DNA of 64,000 nt. Source: Candidatus Aenigmatarchaeota archaeon (lineage in GTDB: Archaea; Thermoplasmatota; Thermoplasmata; Halarchaeoplasmatales; Halarchaeoplasmataceae). Every line of letters starts with the position of its first letter. Position 1 is the stretch's first letter. A model generated the notes under the pieces. The model saw only the letters and a program-made list of their open reading frames with translations, was not told the DNA's origin and searched no databases. The translations under genes and the position numbers were made by a program. The stretch lies in assembly GCA_046537845.1 (NCBI GenBank), contig JBKHKA010000004.1:24586-88585 (forward strand), read 5' to 3'. This document shows positions 21,116-31,389 of this stretch, piece by piece.

Positions 21116-22279
21116 TTGAGAGACGTAGCTATAATCGGTGTTGGTGAGACTCAGATCGGCGAACTTTGGGACAAGTCACTGAGAGAACTCGGGATCGAAG
21201 CCGGTCTGAAGGCCTTGAAAGATGCGGGTTTGAAAGGAGATGAAGTCGAGAAACTTTATGTTGGTAACATGTCCGCGGGTAAGCTGATAAATCAGGAACA
21301 TGTGGCACCTTTGATAGCGGATTATGCCGGTTTCAGTGATATCCCATCTATCAGGATAGAATCAGGAAGCGCCTCGGGTGGAATGGCCCTTGCAGAGGGT
21401 TACAAGGCTGTTGCCTCCGGGATGGAAGACCTCGTGGTGGTGGGAGGAGCAGAGAAGATGACCGACGTGGGCGAACAGGAAGCCAAAGACATACTTTCTT
21501 CTACCGCGGACCAGGAATGGGAGACCGTCTTTGGATCCACTTTCGATTCATTGTATGCTATGATGGCCCGGTATCATATGAACGAATTCGGAACCACGAA
21601 GGATCAGTTAGCTCAGGTCGCTGTGAAGAACCATTCCAATGCGGCAAAGAACCCCAATGCGCAGTACCCCCGTGAGACTTCGAAAGATTTCGTAAAAAAC
21701 GCGCCCATGGTCGCTGATCCGTTGGGTATGTTCGACTGCGCTCCGATCTCCGACGGTGGTGCGGCAGTGGTCCTATGTCCCGCTGACCGGGCTGACACTT
21801 TCCGAGGAGAGCCGGTGAGCATCGTCAGTCTGGGCCAAGGCGGCGATTATATGGCCGTTCACGAAAGGGAAAATATAGGTACCATGGAAGCCACGAAAAG
21901 GGCCGCCAAAAAAGCTTACCAGAGAGCCGGTATAGCTCCAAAAGACATCGACTTCGCAGAGGTCCACGATAACTACACCATAACTGAAATAATGTCCATT
22001 GAGGATCTGGGATTCTTTGAAAAAGGTGAGGGCGGACCTGCGACTGAAGAAGGAAAAACTGAACTCAACTCTGAGATCTCTATCAACATATCCGGCGGTC
22101 TTAAAGCGAAAGGACGTCCTGTGGGTGCCGTTGGCCTCAACCAAGCGGTGGAAGCTGTTCTGCAGTTGAGAGAGGATGCCGGTGGGAGGCAGGTAGAAGA
22201 CCCTGATTACGGGATGATCCACAACATCGGAGGGACCGGAGCAAGTGCCATAGTCCATATTTTGAGGAGGTGGTCATGA
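21116..22279 (+). CDS. Archaeal (SCP2-like) thiolase-fold protein with catalytic residues substituted
   Basis: Fold motifs GAEKMTD, VAVKNH, APISDGGAA and HNIGGTG are present. The usual EAACASG, EVHDCF and GHP motifs read ESGSASG, EVHDNY and GRP. TTG start after GGAGGT. Confidence 0.88.
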   Translation: MRDVAIIGVGETQIGELWDKSLRELGIEAGLKALKDAGLKGDEVEKLYVGNMSAGKLINQEHVAPLIADYAGFSDIPSIRIESGSASGGMALAEGYKAVASGMEDLVVVGGAEKMTDVGEQEAKDILSSTADQEWETVFGSTFDSLYAMMARYHMNEFGTTKDQLAQVAVKNHSNAAKNPNAQYPRETSKDFVKNAPMVADPLGMFDCAPISDGGAAVVLCPADRADTFRGEPVSIVSLGQGGDYMAVHERENIGTMEATKRAAKKAYQRAGIAPKDIDFAEVHDNYTITEIMSIEDLGFFEKGEGGPATEEGKTELNSEISINISGGLKAKGRPVGAVGLNQAVEAVLQLREDAGGRQVEDPDYGMIHNIGGTGASAIVHILRRWS

Positions 22280-22698
22280 TGCCTATACCGAGGTTCTGGA
22301 GAGAGATCAAGCAGAGGTATAAAGGGATTGGTTCGCGGTGCAAAAATTGTGGAGTGATATACTTCCCCCCCAGGAAGATCTGTCCTGAGTGCAGGAGAGA
22401 GAGTTTCCAGAACATGGAAGAATATGAATTGGAAGGAAAAGGTGAAGTGGTCACTTTTACAGAAATACACGAACCTCATCCGGAATTCGAGATGCTCACC
22501 CCTTATATCATGGCGATAGTCGAGATGGAAGAAGGCGTGAGACTTACAGGACATCTTGTTAATGTGGAGATGGGAGACGTTGAGCCAGGTATGAAAGTGG
22601 AGGCGACCATGAGAAAACTCGGAGAAGAGAGCAGTAAAGGTCTGATATACTATGGATACAAGTTTTGGCCTCTTGAATCCAAGAAGAACGACGACTGA
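22276..22698 (+). CDS. DUF35 Zn-ribbon/OB-fold scaffold protein
   Basis: CKNC..YFPPR..CPEC, YGYKF. ATGA overlap with the thiolase stop. Confidence 0.92.
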   Translation: MMPIPRFWREIKQRYKGIGSRCKNCGVIYFPPRKICPECRRESFQNMEEYELEGKGEVVTFTEIHEPHPEFEMLTPYIMAIVEMEEGVRLTGHLVNVEMGDVEPGMKVEATMRKLGEESSKGLIYYGYKFWPLESKKNDD

Positions 22699-22746
22699 AA
22701 AGGTCACACAGTAAAATTTAAAAATTCATGCATCTTCTCCTCCGCC

Positions 22747-23235
22747 ATGGATGTAATAGATGCGATCAGGGAAAGAAGGAGTATCAGGGATTATACAGGC
22801 GAAGCGATAGAACAAGAGGACCTAGAACAGATGTTGGATGCCGCTAGACGGGCTCCATCCGCGAAGAACTTACAGCCGTGGAAATTCGTCGTGGTTATCG
22901 ATCCATATGTGCTTGAGGATCTCGTTCCCGCGTGCCGCAATCAAGCTTTCGTGAAGGATGCAGGTGCTTTCATAGTCGGATTGATAGAGGACAAAAAATG
23001 GGCCGAGATCGACCTCGCTATAGCCCTAGATCATTTATCACTTGAAGCGGTCGAACTGGGATATGGTAGCTGCTGGATAGGAGCTTTCAAGGAAGAAGCT
23101 TTGCGGGAAAAATTGGATATACCTGAGGATCACCAGATAAAGGTCTGTATGACCATCGGCGTACCGGGCGAGTCACCTCGTCCACCGACGAAGAAAACGA
23201 TGGATGAACTGGTGGACTGGGTGGAGATAGAATAG
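22747..23235 (+). CDS. Nitroreductase family protein
   Basis: RRSIR, APSAKNLQPWKF, GYGSCWIG. Confidence 0.92.
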   Translation: MDVIDAIRERRSIRDYTGEAIEQEDLEQMLDAARRAPSAKNLQPWKFVVVIDPYVLEDLVPACRNQAFVKDAGAFIVGLIEDKKWAEIDLAIALDHLSLEAVELGYGSCWIGAFKEEALREKLDIPEDHQIKVCMTIGVPGESPRPPTKKTMDELVDWVEIE

Positions 23236-23245
23236 GGTTATACCA

Positions 23246-25273
23246 CTACTCTGATCCTAGATACTTGTCGAACCAGTCTATCATCTCTTGTAATCTTTTC
23301 ATCCTCTGTTTTGGTCTACCGTTCCTTGAAAGGTCGTGATTTTCATCTTCGAAGAGGATCACCTTGCTCTCAACGCCGTGGAGTTTCATGGCTGTGAACA
23401 TCTGGAGAGGCTCGCTTTCCCAGCACCTGTAATCTTTTCTAGAATGGATGAACAATATGGGTGTACCGGCTTCGTCCGCATGTTTCAAAGGGGATCTATC
23501 CCAAAGCTCTTCAAAATCAGTCCAGGGCGTTTCTTCCAATTGGTCCTCAACGAAGTAATAGCCGATATCGGTGGTACATCCCATGGAGATCCAATTGGAT
23601 ATACTCCTTTGTGAAACGGCAGCTTTGAATTTATCGGTTTGAGTAATGATCCAATTCGTCATGTACCCTCCGTAAGAACCGCCGGTCACGCCCAAGTTTT
23701 CCTCGTCGATAAAGTCAAAATTCTCTTCCGCAGCTTCCACGACGTTCATGAGGTCCTCGAAATCTTCTCCGCCGTATTTTCCGAGTATATCAGCAAACTG
23801 ATTGCCTTTCCCCGAACTGCCCAAGATGTTGGATAGAACGACCACGTAGCCGTGCTCCGCCAGAACTTGAAGTTCGTGGAACAGGATCTCTCCAAAAACT
23901 GTTTTTGGTCCTCCATGGATTTCGAGTATGGTGGGATAGCTCTTATCCTTGTTTTCATCGAAATCCACTGGTTTAATAATCCATGCATCGATCTCCTTTC
24001 CGTTGGATTCTACTGTGAAATGTTCTTGTGGGGCGATCTTTTTTTCTACCCCGTTGAAGTCGGTTATCCGTTCTTCATCTTTTAGTTCGATGTCTAGTCT
24101 GTAGAGCTCTTGGGGTCTCTGGTCTTTAAAGCTTATATGAGCCACTTCATCTTTTTGGATATCAAAGAAATCGACGGTACCTCTAAAGTCGGTGAGCTTT
24201 TTTACTCCTTCCTTCAGATCGAATCTGTACAGATTCACAAAGTGGTCTTCGGTCGCTGTGAAATAATATCTTTCGTCTTCTACCCGGGCGGAATCTCCAC
24301 CACCGAATCTCAAGTCCGTGAGAACTTTATTACCTATGTCTTTGTTCATCTGGGTCTCCTGCTCCATCCTTTCTTCTTCAAGATCGTAGATGTAGAGTTC
24401 TTTATTGGTGTTCAGCCCCATCTCTTCCATGTCCGTAGCTTCAAAGATTATCTTATCTCGTTTCAAAAATCTCACTCGTTCTATGGTCAGTTCTTCCTCG
24501 GTCAGTTTTGATAGTTCATCTTTCTCCAGGTCCAAGTGGTAGATGTAATTCACGGGCTCCATCTTATCTTTGTATTCGACCATGTTCAGACAGATCTGCT
24601 TTTCTTTCACGTCGAAGTCCTGTATGCTTTTATAACCCCCTAAAAGGAGCTGCATCTCTTTTGTTTCAAGGTCATATGAGTATAAGTGGTTCCTCTTTTT
24701 GTTGCTGAAGCCGGTTTCATTGGACCAGAAAGGTATTTCATCTAATTCATGGTAATCTTCGCCTTCTTTGAGTTCGCTCTCTTCTTTTTCTTCCTCTTTT
24801 TTCTCTTCTTCCTTCTTTTCTTCTTCAGCTTTGACTCCCTCGTCCTCTATTTTTTCTTGGACCGTGAGATATAGAGAGGAATCGTGTATCTTCATGCTGG
24901 AGACATTCTTTTTTATTGTATCGAGGTGCTGAGCTTCTCCTCCACGTATGTTTATCTTGAAAAGTTTAGTTTTTTCCGCTGTTTCTTTTTCCTCTTTTTC
25001 TTCCTTTTTTTCGCCCTCCACACCCATATCTCTTTCGGATATGAACAATATCTCTTCTTCGCTCAGCCATACGAAATCTTTGTCCTTCCCGCTGTTGGTC
25101 AACTGCCAAAGTTCTTTTTCTTCCTCTTCAAAGATCCATATATTGCTTTTGTATTCGTTCTCCTTCATATCCATAGTGTGTTTATTGAAGGCAATGTGAC
25201 ACTTATCAGGAGAGAATCGAACGTTCGAGAGAAAGTCAAAATCTTCTAGGTCCTCGATATCTAAACCCGTCAT
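23246..25273 (-). CDS. S9 family peptidase (acylaminoacyl/dipeptidyl peptidase)
   Basis: Propeller-like N-terminus, IHGGP, GGSYGG nucleophile, DYRC, ENHDLSR. Confidence 0.92.
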   Translation of the reverse strand: MTGLDIEDLEDFDFLSNVRFSPDKCHIAFNKHTMDMKENEYKSNIWIFEEEEKELWQLTNSGKDKDFVWLSEEEILFISERDMGVEGEKKEEKEEKETAEKTKLFKINIRGGEAQHLDTIKKNVSSMKIHDSSLYLTVQEKIEDEGVKAEEEKKEEEKKEEEKEESELKEGEDYHELDEIPFWSNETGFSNKKRNHLYSYDLETKEMQLLLGGYKSIQDFDVKEKQICLNMVEYKDKMEPVNYIYHLDLEKDELSKLTEEELTIERVRFLKRDKIIFEATDMEEMGLNTNKELYIYDLEEERMEQETQMNKDIGNKVLTDLRFGGGDSARVEDERYYFTATEDHFVNLYRFDLKEGVKKLTDFRGTVDFFDIQKDEVAHISFKDQRPQELYRLDIELKDEERITDFNGVEKKIAPQEHFTVESNGKEIDAWIIKPVDFDENKDKSYPTILEIHGGPKTVFGEILFHELQVLAEHGYVVVLSNILGSSGKGNQFADILGKYGGEDFEDLMNVVEAAEENFDFIDEENLGVTGGSYGGYMTNWIITQTDKFKAAVSQRSISNWISMGCTTDIGYYFVEDQLEETPWTDFEELWDRSPLKHADEAGTPILFIHSRKDYRCWESEPLQMFTAMKLHGVESKVILFEDENHDLSRNGRPKQRMKRLQEMIDWFDKYLGSE

Positions 25274-25375
25274 CTTATCCCTATCCGAGAAAGACTTGCC
25301 CCTTTTAATCCTTTTCGAAATTTATCGGAGTAAAAATGAACAAAAAGATTATTATCTTTCTCACCTAATCTGTTG

Positions 25376-28300
25376 ATGATGTCCCAACCGGATCTAGATA
25401 TCAAGGAACTCATCCTCCTTCATCTGAAAATGTATGAAAAAAAGAAGTCCTCAGAGAACGAAAGGAGCGATAAAGTCCCTCTTCATCTCTCAGAATCGAG
25501 TATAGCGGATTCCATAAATAAAAATCCGACCGAAGTTTCTGAAGCACTTCAAGAACTGCAAACAGAGAGGTTGATAGAACCCTCAGTGGAGAAGATCAGG
25601 GGTAAGGACCGGAAGAGAAGGGTATATTCTCTCTCTGACCAGGGATCGGAAAAAGTCAGCAAGCTTTGGAAAGAGATCAAAAGAGAATCCATCAAAGTGG
25701 AGACAGGGAGCGGCCAAAAAGAGATCCGGCTTGAAGAATTGGATACATACATAGGCAAAAAAGATGCTTTTGCCTCTGCACTCTCGAAGCTCGATCAAGA
25801 AGGGGTATTAGACCTTTCAGATATGAATGAAAAAGACAAAGAGACATTCGTGGGACGTAAGGAAGAGCTGGAAGAACTCGCGGATGAACTCGACGATGTT
25901 AAAAGAAAAGGATCCCGTGTTCTTTTCATAGAGGGTGAAGCTGGAGTCGGAAAGACGACCCTTATAAACGAGTTCAAACCTTTTGCCCTAAAAGAGGATT
26001 TTGATTTTCTACACGGGGGTTGTTACAGCGATATCTCCGAGCCCTTTTTGCCCTTCAAGGAAGCCTTCGAAGATTACATGGAAAATGAGTCGGAAGAAGA
26101 TGTGTCTCCTCTATCCTTTATTGGTGCTCCAAAAGGACCAGAGATAGAAGATAAAAAGATGTTCGACGCACAGAGGCAGGCCACTTTCCATAAGACGACT
26201 CAGGAGATCAAGAAGATCGTCTCTCAAAATCCTTTGGTGATCTTTTTAGACGATATGCATTGGACAGATCAGGCGACTCTACAGATTTTGGGTTACATTG
26301 TTGATAATCTTCAGGAAGAGAGTATATTGTTCATCTGCACCTATAGGCCTGAGGACGTCGAAGAAGGTCATCCTTTGAAAGAGATGATACACCGATTGAA
26401 AAGGAGAGACTTATCTGAAAAGCTGACTCTTTCACCTTTGGGTGAGAGAGCTACAAGAGATATAATAGTAGATGAGACCGGCGTGAGTAAAAAACACATC
26501 CCAGAAAGATTTGTTAAGACGATCCATCATAAAACTGACGGCAATCCCCTGTTCGTCAAAGAGTATATGAACGAGATGATAGAAAGAGGCGCTATCGAGC
26601 CCGAAAAGAGAGTCTTTCCTGGGTCTGTAGAAGATATGGACGTTCCAGATGTAGTTCTGAGTGTGATAGAGAGGAGAGTAGATAGACTAGACGATAAAAC
26701 CAAGAAGGTTCTTGAATTAGGCAGTATAATCGGTGAGGAGATACCTTTTTCTCTCCTTCTCAAAACTTCTTCTATGGATGAGTTTGACCTGTTGGATCAT
26801 ATAGATGTGCTGACAGAGAACAGATTGTGGCATGAATCTATAGAGGGGGGTAGATTCTATTTTCATCATGACCTGATAAGGGATGCAGTCTATCACGCGC
26901 TGATGGACAGGAAAAGGAGAGTATACCATAAAAAGGTGGCCGAAAATATAAGAGAAGTATATTCTGAGGATATAGAACAAAAATACTTACCATTGGCTAG
27001 GCACTATGAAAGGGCTAAAGAGTTTAAACAGGCTTTAGATCATTACCTTAAAGCAGGGAAAAAAGCAGAAGGAGTCTATGCTCATGAAGACGCCATCGAA
27101 TGTTATAAGCAGGCATTGAGTGTAGGGGAGCAACTGTCCGAGGAAGATGTCAAGGAAGAGGGAAGAGAAAAGATAATTGAAACCTTGGAAGAGCTCGGAA
27201 ACGCTTTCCAGATAATCGGAAAAGGGGGAAAAGCTGTAGAGACTTATCGAAGAGCTTTGAGAAAAGTGGAGAGGTCTCAAAAGGAAGCCGATCTGCACCG
27301 AAAGATAGCGGAAGTTCGAGAAAAAGAGGCCGAGTATGATAAAGGTTTAGAACGATGTGAGAAGGGGATGAAAGCCGCGGAGAGAGATGCAGAAGAGGTT
27401 GTAGAGCTACTGAACACGAAAGGCTGGATATTTTTCAGAAAAGGGTCCTACGATGAAGCTGAAAAATTTTTGAACGAAGGTATGGAGATCGCCGAAGAAG
27501 TGGGGAACGAAAAACTCATCGCGGAGACACTCCACAAGCTTGGATCAGTACACTTTGGAAAGGGAGATTACGAGAGGGCATTAGAGCACCTCAAAGAGGC
27601 ATTGAGCATCAGGAAGAGTATAGGGGATGAAGCGGGGATGGCAAAATCCATCAATAACATAGGGACCGTGTATTGGAACAAAGGAGACCTAGATAAAGCT
27701 CTACAGCTCTTCAAACAGAGCTTGGAACTCGAGAGGAAGATAGGGAATAAACAGGGCATAGCTCAATCTCTCAATAATATCGGGACCATCTATTGGAACA
27801 AAGGCGAGCTCGACCGGGCCCTTGAGAATTATGAGAAGAGTCGAGAGATATCTAAGGAGATCGGGGATGAAGCAGGTATAGCGAATACACTCCATAATAT
27901 GGGATTGATCCATTATAACAAAGGAGACTTAGAGAAGGCTCTCCAAGACTATAAAAGGAGTGTTGAGATCAAAGAGAATATAGGTGATAAAGAGGGGCTT
28001 ACAGGGTCTCTTACGGGCATTGGAGATGTGTATGCTGAGAAAGAAGAGTTCGAAAAGGCAGAGGAAAATTACTGGAAGAGCATCGAGATCTGTTCTGAGA
28101 TAGGAAATAAGGTAGAACTGGTATCGAATCACACTGGATTGGGAGAGGTAAAAATAGAGAAAGAGAATATGGAGGATGCGCTCAGACACGCAAAACAAGC
28201 GGTCGAGTTATCCACTGAGCTCGGCATGAAAAATAAAGAAGGTATGAGCCGCCGTGTTTTGGGGACGGTTTATCGAGAAAAGGGAGACTTAGAGAAAGCG

Positions 28301-28546
28301 GTCGAGGAGTTCAAAGAGGCCATGAAGACCCTACATGGGATCGGCAGCCAGGTGGAGAAGGCGAAAGCCACATATGAATATGCTCACACCTTCAAGGAGA
28401 AAGATGAAGATTCTCTCGCTGAGGGTTATTTTAGCAACGCTCTCGAATCGTTTGAGAAGATGGGCATGGGTCTATGGAAGGAAAGGTGCGAGGAAGCTCT
28501 AGCAGAACTAGATACTAATGGATTTCAAAAAAATAAAAAAGAATAA
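25376..28546 (+). CDS. STAND-like NTPase: N-terminal wHTH, AAA_16 ATPase, C-terminal TPR array
   Basis: FVGR, Walker A GEAGVGKT, Walker B IFLDD, GNPLF, F.HDLIRDAVY, then many 40-aa TPR units. Confidence 0.88.
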   Translation: MMSQPDLDIKELILLHLKMYEKKKSSENERSDKVPLHLSESSIADSINKNPTEVSEALQELQTERLIEPSVEKIRGKDRKRRVYSLSDQGSEKVSKLWKEIKRESIKVETGSGQKEIRLEELDTYIGKKDAFASALSKLDQEGVLDLSDMNEKDKETFVGRKEELEELADELDDVKRKGSRVLFIEGEAGVGKTTLINEFKPFALKEDFDFLHGGCYSDISEPFLPFKEAFEDYMENESEEDVSPLSFIGAPKGPEIEDKKMFDAQRQATFHKTTQEIKKIVSQNPLVIFLDDMHWTDQATLQILGYIVDNLQEESILFICTYRPEDVEEGHPLKEMIHRLKRRDLSEKLTLSPLGERATRDIIVDETGVSKKHIPERFVKTIHHKTDGNPLFVKEYMNEMIERGAIEPEKRVFPGSVEDMDVPDVVLSVIERRVDRLDDKTKKVLELGSIIGEEIPFSLLLKTSSMDEFDLLDHIDVLTENRLWHESIEGGRFYFHHDLIRDAVYHALMDRKRRVYHKKVAENIREVYSEDIEQKYLPLARHYERAKEFKQALDHYLKAGKKAEGVYAHEDAIECYKQALSVGEQLSEEDVKEEGREKIIETLEELGNAFQIIGKGGKAVETYRRALRKVERSQKEADLHRKIAEVREKEAEYDKGLERCEKGMKAAERDAEEVVELLNTKGWIFFRKGSYDEAEKFLNEGMEIAEEVGNEKLIAETLHKLGSVHFGKGDYERALEHLKEALSIRKSIGDEAGMAKSINNIGTVYWNKGDLDKALQLFKQSLELERKIGNKQGIAQSLNNIGTIYWNKGELDRALENYEKSREISKEIGDEAGIANTLHNMGLIHYNKGDLEKALQDYKRSVEIKENIGDKEGLTGSLTGIGDVYAEKEEFEKAEENYWKSIEICSEIGNKVELVSNHTGLGEVKIEKENMEDALRHAKQAVELSTELGMKNKEGMSRRVLGTVYREKGDLEKAVEEFKEAMKTLHGIGSQVEKAKATYEYAHTFKEKDEDSLAEGYFSNALESFEKMGMGLWKERCEEALAELDTNGFQKNKKE
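27541..28140 (+). repeat. 120-nt periodic TPR-coding repeats
   Basis: Related units, e.g. GGGACC...TATTGGAACAAAGG at 27662 and 27782 and a variant at 27901, spaced 120 nt (40 aa). Confidence 0.75.
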
Positions 28547-28568
28547 GGTTGTTGAGATAGAGAATATC

Positions 28569-30254
28569 TTAGTACGGCAGTTCGTCGTGCTCTTCTAAGT
28601 ACTCTTCTTCCGCTCTATCTCTTAGTTCGGTCCGCCGGATCTTACCGCTTATCGTTTTGGGCAGTTCATCCAAGAATTCGATCTCTCTCGGGTACTTGTA
28701 AGGAGCGGTGACCTCTTTAACGTGATCCTGGAGTTCTTTGACCAGTTCTTCACTCGGCTCGTATTCATCGTTCAGGATTATGTACGCTTTCACTATCTTT
28801 CCCCTGACCTCGTGAGGAGCTCCTATGACTGCGGGTTCCTGTACGGCCGGATGTTCCTGAAGAGCGCTTTCGACCTCGAAGGGACCGATCCTGTAACCGG
28901 AAGCTTTGATGACCTCGTCGGCTCGACCGACGAACCAGAAGTATCCGTCTTCGTCCTTGTAGGCTCTGTCTCCCGTATAGTACCAATCACCTTCGAAGAC
29001 GCTAGCGGTCTTATCTTCGTCCTTCCAGTACTCTTTGAAAAGACCCGGTGGTCTTTCAGGTTTCACCTTAAGACCGATATGGCCTTCCTCTCCGGGAGGT
29101 AACCTTTCCTGGTTATCATCTATTATGTCTACTTCGTGCCCCGGAGTGGGTTTACCCATAGATCCGGGTTTGACCTCCATCGTTGGATAATTAGCTACGA
29201 GTGCTACACTTTCCGTCTGACCGTAATAATCGTAGATGCGCAAGCCGGTGTAATCTTCCCACTTATCTATCACATCGGGATTTAGAGGTTCGCCGGCACT
29301 GAGACAGTGACGGAGGGAGCTGAGATCGTAACTTTCTACGTCCTCGTTGATCATCATCTTGTATATGGTGGGTGGGACGCAGAAAGTCGTTACGTTATAA
29401 TCCTGGATGATCTTGAGGGCTTTTGTTGGATCGAACTTACCTGTTATGTTCTGCTGTACCACCGTTGCACCGACGATCCACTGGCCAAAAAGTTTGCCCC
29501 AGACAGCTTTTGCCCAGCCATTATCGGCTATGGTCCAATTGATGTCCTCTTTACGGAGATCTTGGACGTACCTCGCCGTGACTTCGTGACCCAAAGGATA
29601 GGAATGTGTATGCAGGACCATCTTCGGCTTCCCGGTAGTGCCAGAAGTGAAGTATATGAGTAAAGGATCGTCGCTCTTCGTGGGTTCGACTTCTTCCCTA
29701 TCTAAGTCGGAAGACGCCCTGGCCATCAGATCTTCGTAATTTTCCCAACCGTCCTTATCTTCCTCAGAGTTAATGAGGATAAAGTTCTCTAGTGAAGACA
29801 TCTCCCCTTCATCTCTGACTTTTTCTACCTTTTCATGATTCGACCAGTCCGTCACGATAGTACTCGCCTCTGACCTTTCGATCCTGTAAGTGATATCTTC
29901 AGGAACAGCTAGATTGGGCGTCGGGATGGGAACCACCCCGATCTTCATCATGCCAAGCATGACCACGTACCACTCAGGGATCCTGTGGATGAGGACCTTC
30001 GCTCTATCTCCCTTCTTCATCCCCTTCTCTCTGAGGACATTCGCAAATTTATTGGATAGCTCACTGAGTTCTTTGAAGGTGTGCCGCTGAACTTTTTCTC
30101 CTGAATTGTCTATAGATATCAGCGCGTCTTTGTCCGGCATCTCCTTAGCTCTTTCATCTACCTCATCAAAAGCGAAATTGTAGTACTCTGGAATATCCCA
30201 TTCAAATTCCTCTGTCACCTTTTTATAATCATACATATTATGTTCTTCTGTCAT
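28569..30254 (-). CDS. AMP-forming short/medium-chain acyl-CoA synthetase
   Basis: YFTSGTTGKPK, SAGEPL, YYGQTE, TGD, GRAD, PKTISGKIRR. Confidence 0.92.
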   Translation of the reverse strand: MTEEHNMYDYKKVTEEFEWDIPEYYNFAFDEVDERAKEMPDKDALISIDNSGEKVQRHTFKELSELSNKFANVLREKGMKKGDRAKVLIHRIPEWYVVMLGMMKIGVVPIPTPNLAVPEDITYRIERSEASTIVTDWSNHEKVEKVRDEGEMSSLENFILINSEEDKDGWENYEDLMARASSDLDREEVEPTKSDDPLLIYFTSGTTGKPKMVLHTHSYPLGHEVTARYVQDLRKEDINWTIADNGWAKAVWGKLFGQWIVGATVVQQNITGKFDPTKALKIIQDYNVTTFCVPPTIYKMMINEDVESYDLSSLRHCLSAGEPLNPDVIDKWEDYTGLRIYDYYGQTESVALVANYPTMEVKPGSMGKPTPGHEVDIIDDNQERLPPGEEGHIGLKVKPERPPGLFKEYWKDEDKTASVFEGDWYYTGDRAYKDEDGYFWFVGRADEVIKASGYRIGPFEVESALQEHPAVQEPAVIGAPHEVRGKIVKAYIILNDEYEPSEELVKELQDHVKEVTAPYKYPREIEFLDELPKTISGKIRRTELRDRAEEEYLEEHDELPY

Positions 30255-30450
30255 AGTAATCGGCGGTTAATTCAATGAAAGTGATAGATAAATTTTTTCC
30301 TTTAGATGGGGCGAAAAATGTAAGGTCTCTATGTTTGATGGAGAGGAGATATATCCCATACACCAGATATGACCGCCCTATCCGCAGGGCTCTGCACGAG
30401 GATAAAGTGGATGTGGATCCTCGTTCCAGTCGGTCGAGTATAATAAAATT

Positions 30451-31389
30451 TTATCTTTTTGATTGATGATCCCGTTTTTCAAGATAAACTAGAACTCCTT
30501 CTGTATTCATCCTGAAAATATGTTGTATCCTCTCATTGCCTCCCTCTCCTCTTTCCTTCACTAGGTGTCTGTATTTTCTCGTCATCTCCTCGATGATATC
30601 TTTTTTATCGTCTAGATCAACAGTAGCCTGCTCTATCTCATTTACCCATTCCTCCAATAAATTCTCATACCTGCTTAATTTTCCGTAAGGCTCACTGGTC
30701 CATCCTTTATGAGAGTAGAATAGGCGATCCAAGTCGAGGCCTTTGAGCTTAGAGAGACTCTCTTTGTTCTTCTCTAAATCGAAATTTGGAGGAGGTGTAG
30801 TGGGGAAAAACATGTCCTCTTCGGGATAATATCGACCCGCAACATCTCCTACCGCTAAGGACTTAGTCTTTCTTTCATAGTAACATGTATGGTGGGGAGC
30901 GTGGCCGGGAGTATATATGACCTGGATAGAGTGGCCTGCCCCCAAGTCGAATCTCTCTCCTCCAGTGACGGGCACTATATTCTCATCAGGGATAGGTTTG
31001 ATATCTCCAAAGTATTTGAAGGCTTTGCCGGTAATCTCCTCGACACTCTTTTTCAATCTTGTTGGATCAACCAGATGTTCACTCCCCGATTCATGGACCA
31101 CGACTTCAGCGTCAGGATATCTATCTAAAAGAAATCCAGCCCCACCGGAGTGGTCCATATGGATGTGAGTAAGCATTATGTAATCTAACTCTTGAACCCC
31201 AATATTGGATAGATCTTCGGCTATCTTCCTGACGGCTAGGGAATTACCCGATTCGAGGAGGACGTTCTTTTCTGCATCTATCAAAAAACAAGATCCTTCG
31301 CTGAGCCCATAACGGTCCTTTCCGACTACATATATATTATCGAGGGCGTCCACCATTTTCAATTTTTTTCTAACCATGCTATTTTTCAC
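30451..31389 (-). CDS. Metallo-beta-lactamase fold hydrolase
   Basis: THIHMDHSGG, TPGHAPHH, GD, YSH. True start may be a downstream ATG. Confidence 0.88.
   Translation of the reverse strand: MKNSMVRKKLKMVDALDNIYVVGKDRYGLSEGSCFLIDAEKNVLLESGNSLAVRKIAEDLSNIGVQELDYIMLTHIHMDHSGGAGFLLDRYPDAEVVVHESGSEHLVDPTRLKKSVEEITGKAFKYFGDIKPIPDENIVPVTGGERFDLGAGHSIQVIYTPGHAPHHTCYYERKTKSLAVGDVAGRYYPEEDMFFPTTPPPNFDLEKNKESLSKLKGLDLDRLFYSHKGWTSEPYGKLSRYENLLEEWVNEIEQATVDLDDKKDIIEEMTRKYRHLVKERGEGGNERIQHIFRMNTEGVLVYLEKRDHQSKR

Noticed and set aside
24775..24830. Purine-rich repeat encoding EEEKKEEEKKEEEKEE in the S9 peptidase
   Set aside because: In-frame low-complexity loop; not a CRISPR array or mobile-element repeat.
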